A stretch of DNA of 64,000 bases from Chiloscyllium plagiosum. Its lineage: Eukaryota. Position 1 is the stretch's first letter; the number at the start of each line of letters is the position of its first letter. Shown here in pieces: positions 63,861 through 64,000 of this stretch. The notes below the pieces were generated by a model, which saw only the letters and a list, made by a program, of their open reading frames with translations, was not told where the DNA came from and did not search any database. A program made the translations under genes and the position numbers. The stretch lies in contig NC_057719.1 in the NCBI RefSeq assembly GCF_004010195.1, positions 16,853,177-16,917,176 of the forward strand, read 5' to 3'.

Positions 63861-64000
63861 GAGATAGAGTAAAAAGGGTTGTTTTGCATGCTATACAGGC
63901 AGATTGTACCATACAAAGTGCATCAGGGTAACTGAACAGAGTGCAGAATACAGTCGTACAGCTGCAGAGACGGTGCAGAGAGAGATCAGAATTAACATTT

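Noticed and set aside
63860..64000. Possible minus-strand 3' end of a Rex1/Babar-type LINE
   Set aside because: Recognised only from vague memory, with no coding sequence inside the window.

Overview
This is eukaryotic DNA, most likely from a cartilaginous fish (shark), judging by the HE1/V-SINE, HER1/CR1 and DeuSINE-type repeat content. The window lies inside the SETD3 gene (actin-histidine N-methyltransferase, + strand). Two coding exons are visible, 6225-6297 (73 nt) and 14940-15196 (257 nt), and I found no further SETD3 exon in the remaining ~49 kb, which includes a 500-N gap at 38909-39408. Nearly all other ORFs in the track are debris from CR1/L2/RTE LINEs, SINEs, Gypsy-type LTR elements and Penelope-like elements (PLEs). 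The main hidden signal is a set of PLE-derived insertions. They carry minimal type-I hammerhead ribozyme motifs (CUGANGA-A-helix II-GAAAC-GUH, with covarying helices), often form fold-back structures, and are flanked by 13-18 bp target-site duplications. One of them has a 'satellite' templated insert about 400 bp away. Other points of interest are a CR1 5' junction with nested perfect inversions, a 229-bp inverted duplication, a divergent CTCF motif pair, several repeat-free motif-rich intronic blocks (candidate conserved enhancers) and a possible in-frame 330-nt SETD3 circle. Repeat family names come from recalled consensus motifs, and repeat boundaries are approximate unless a TSD is given.
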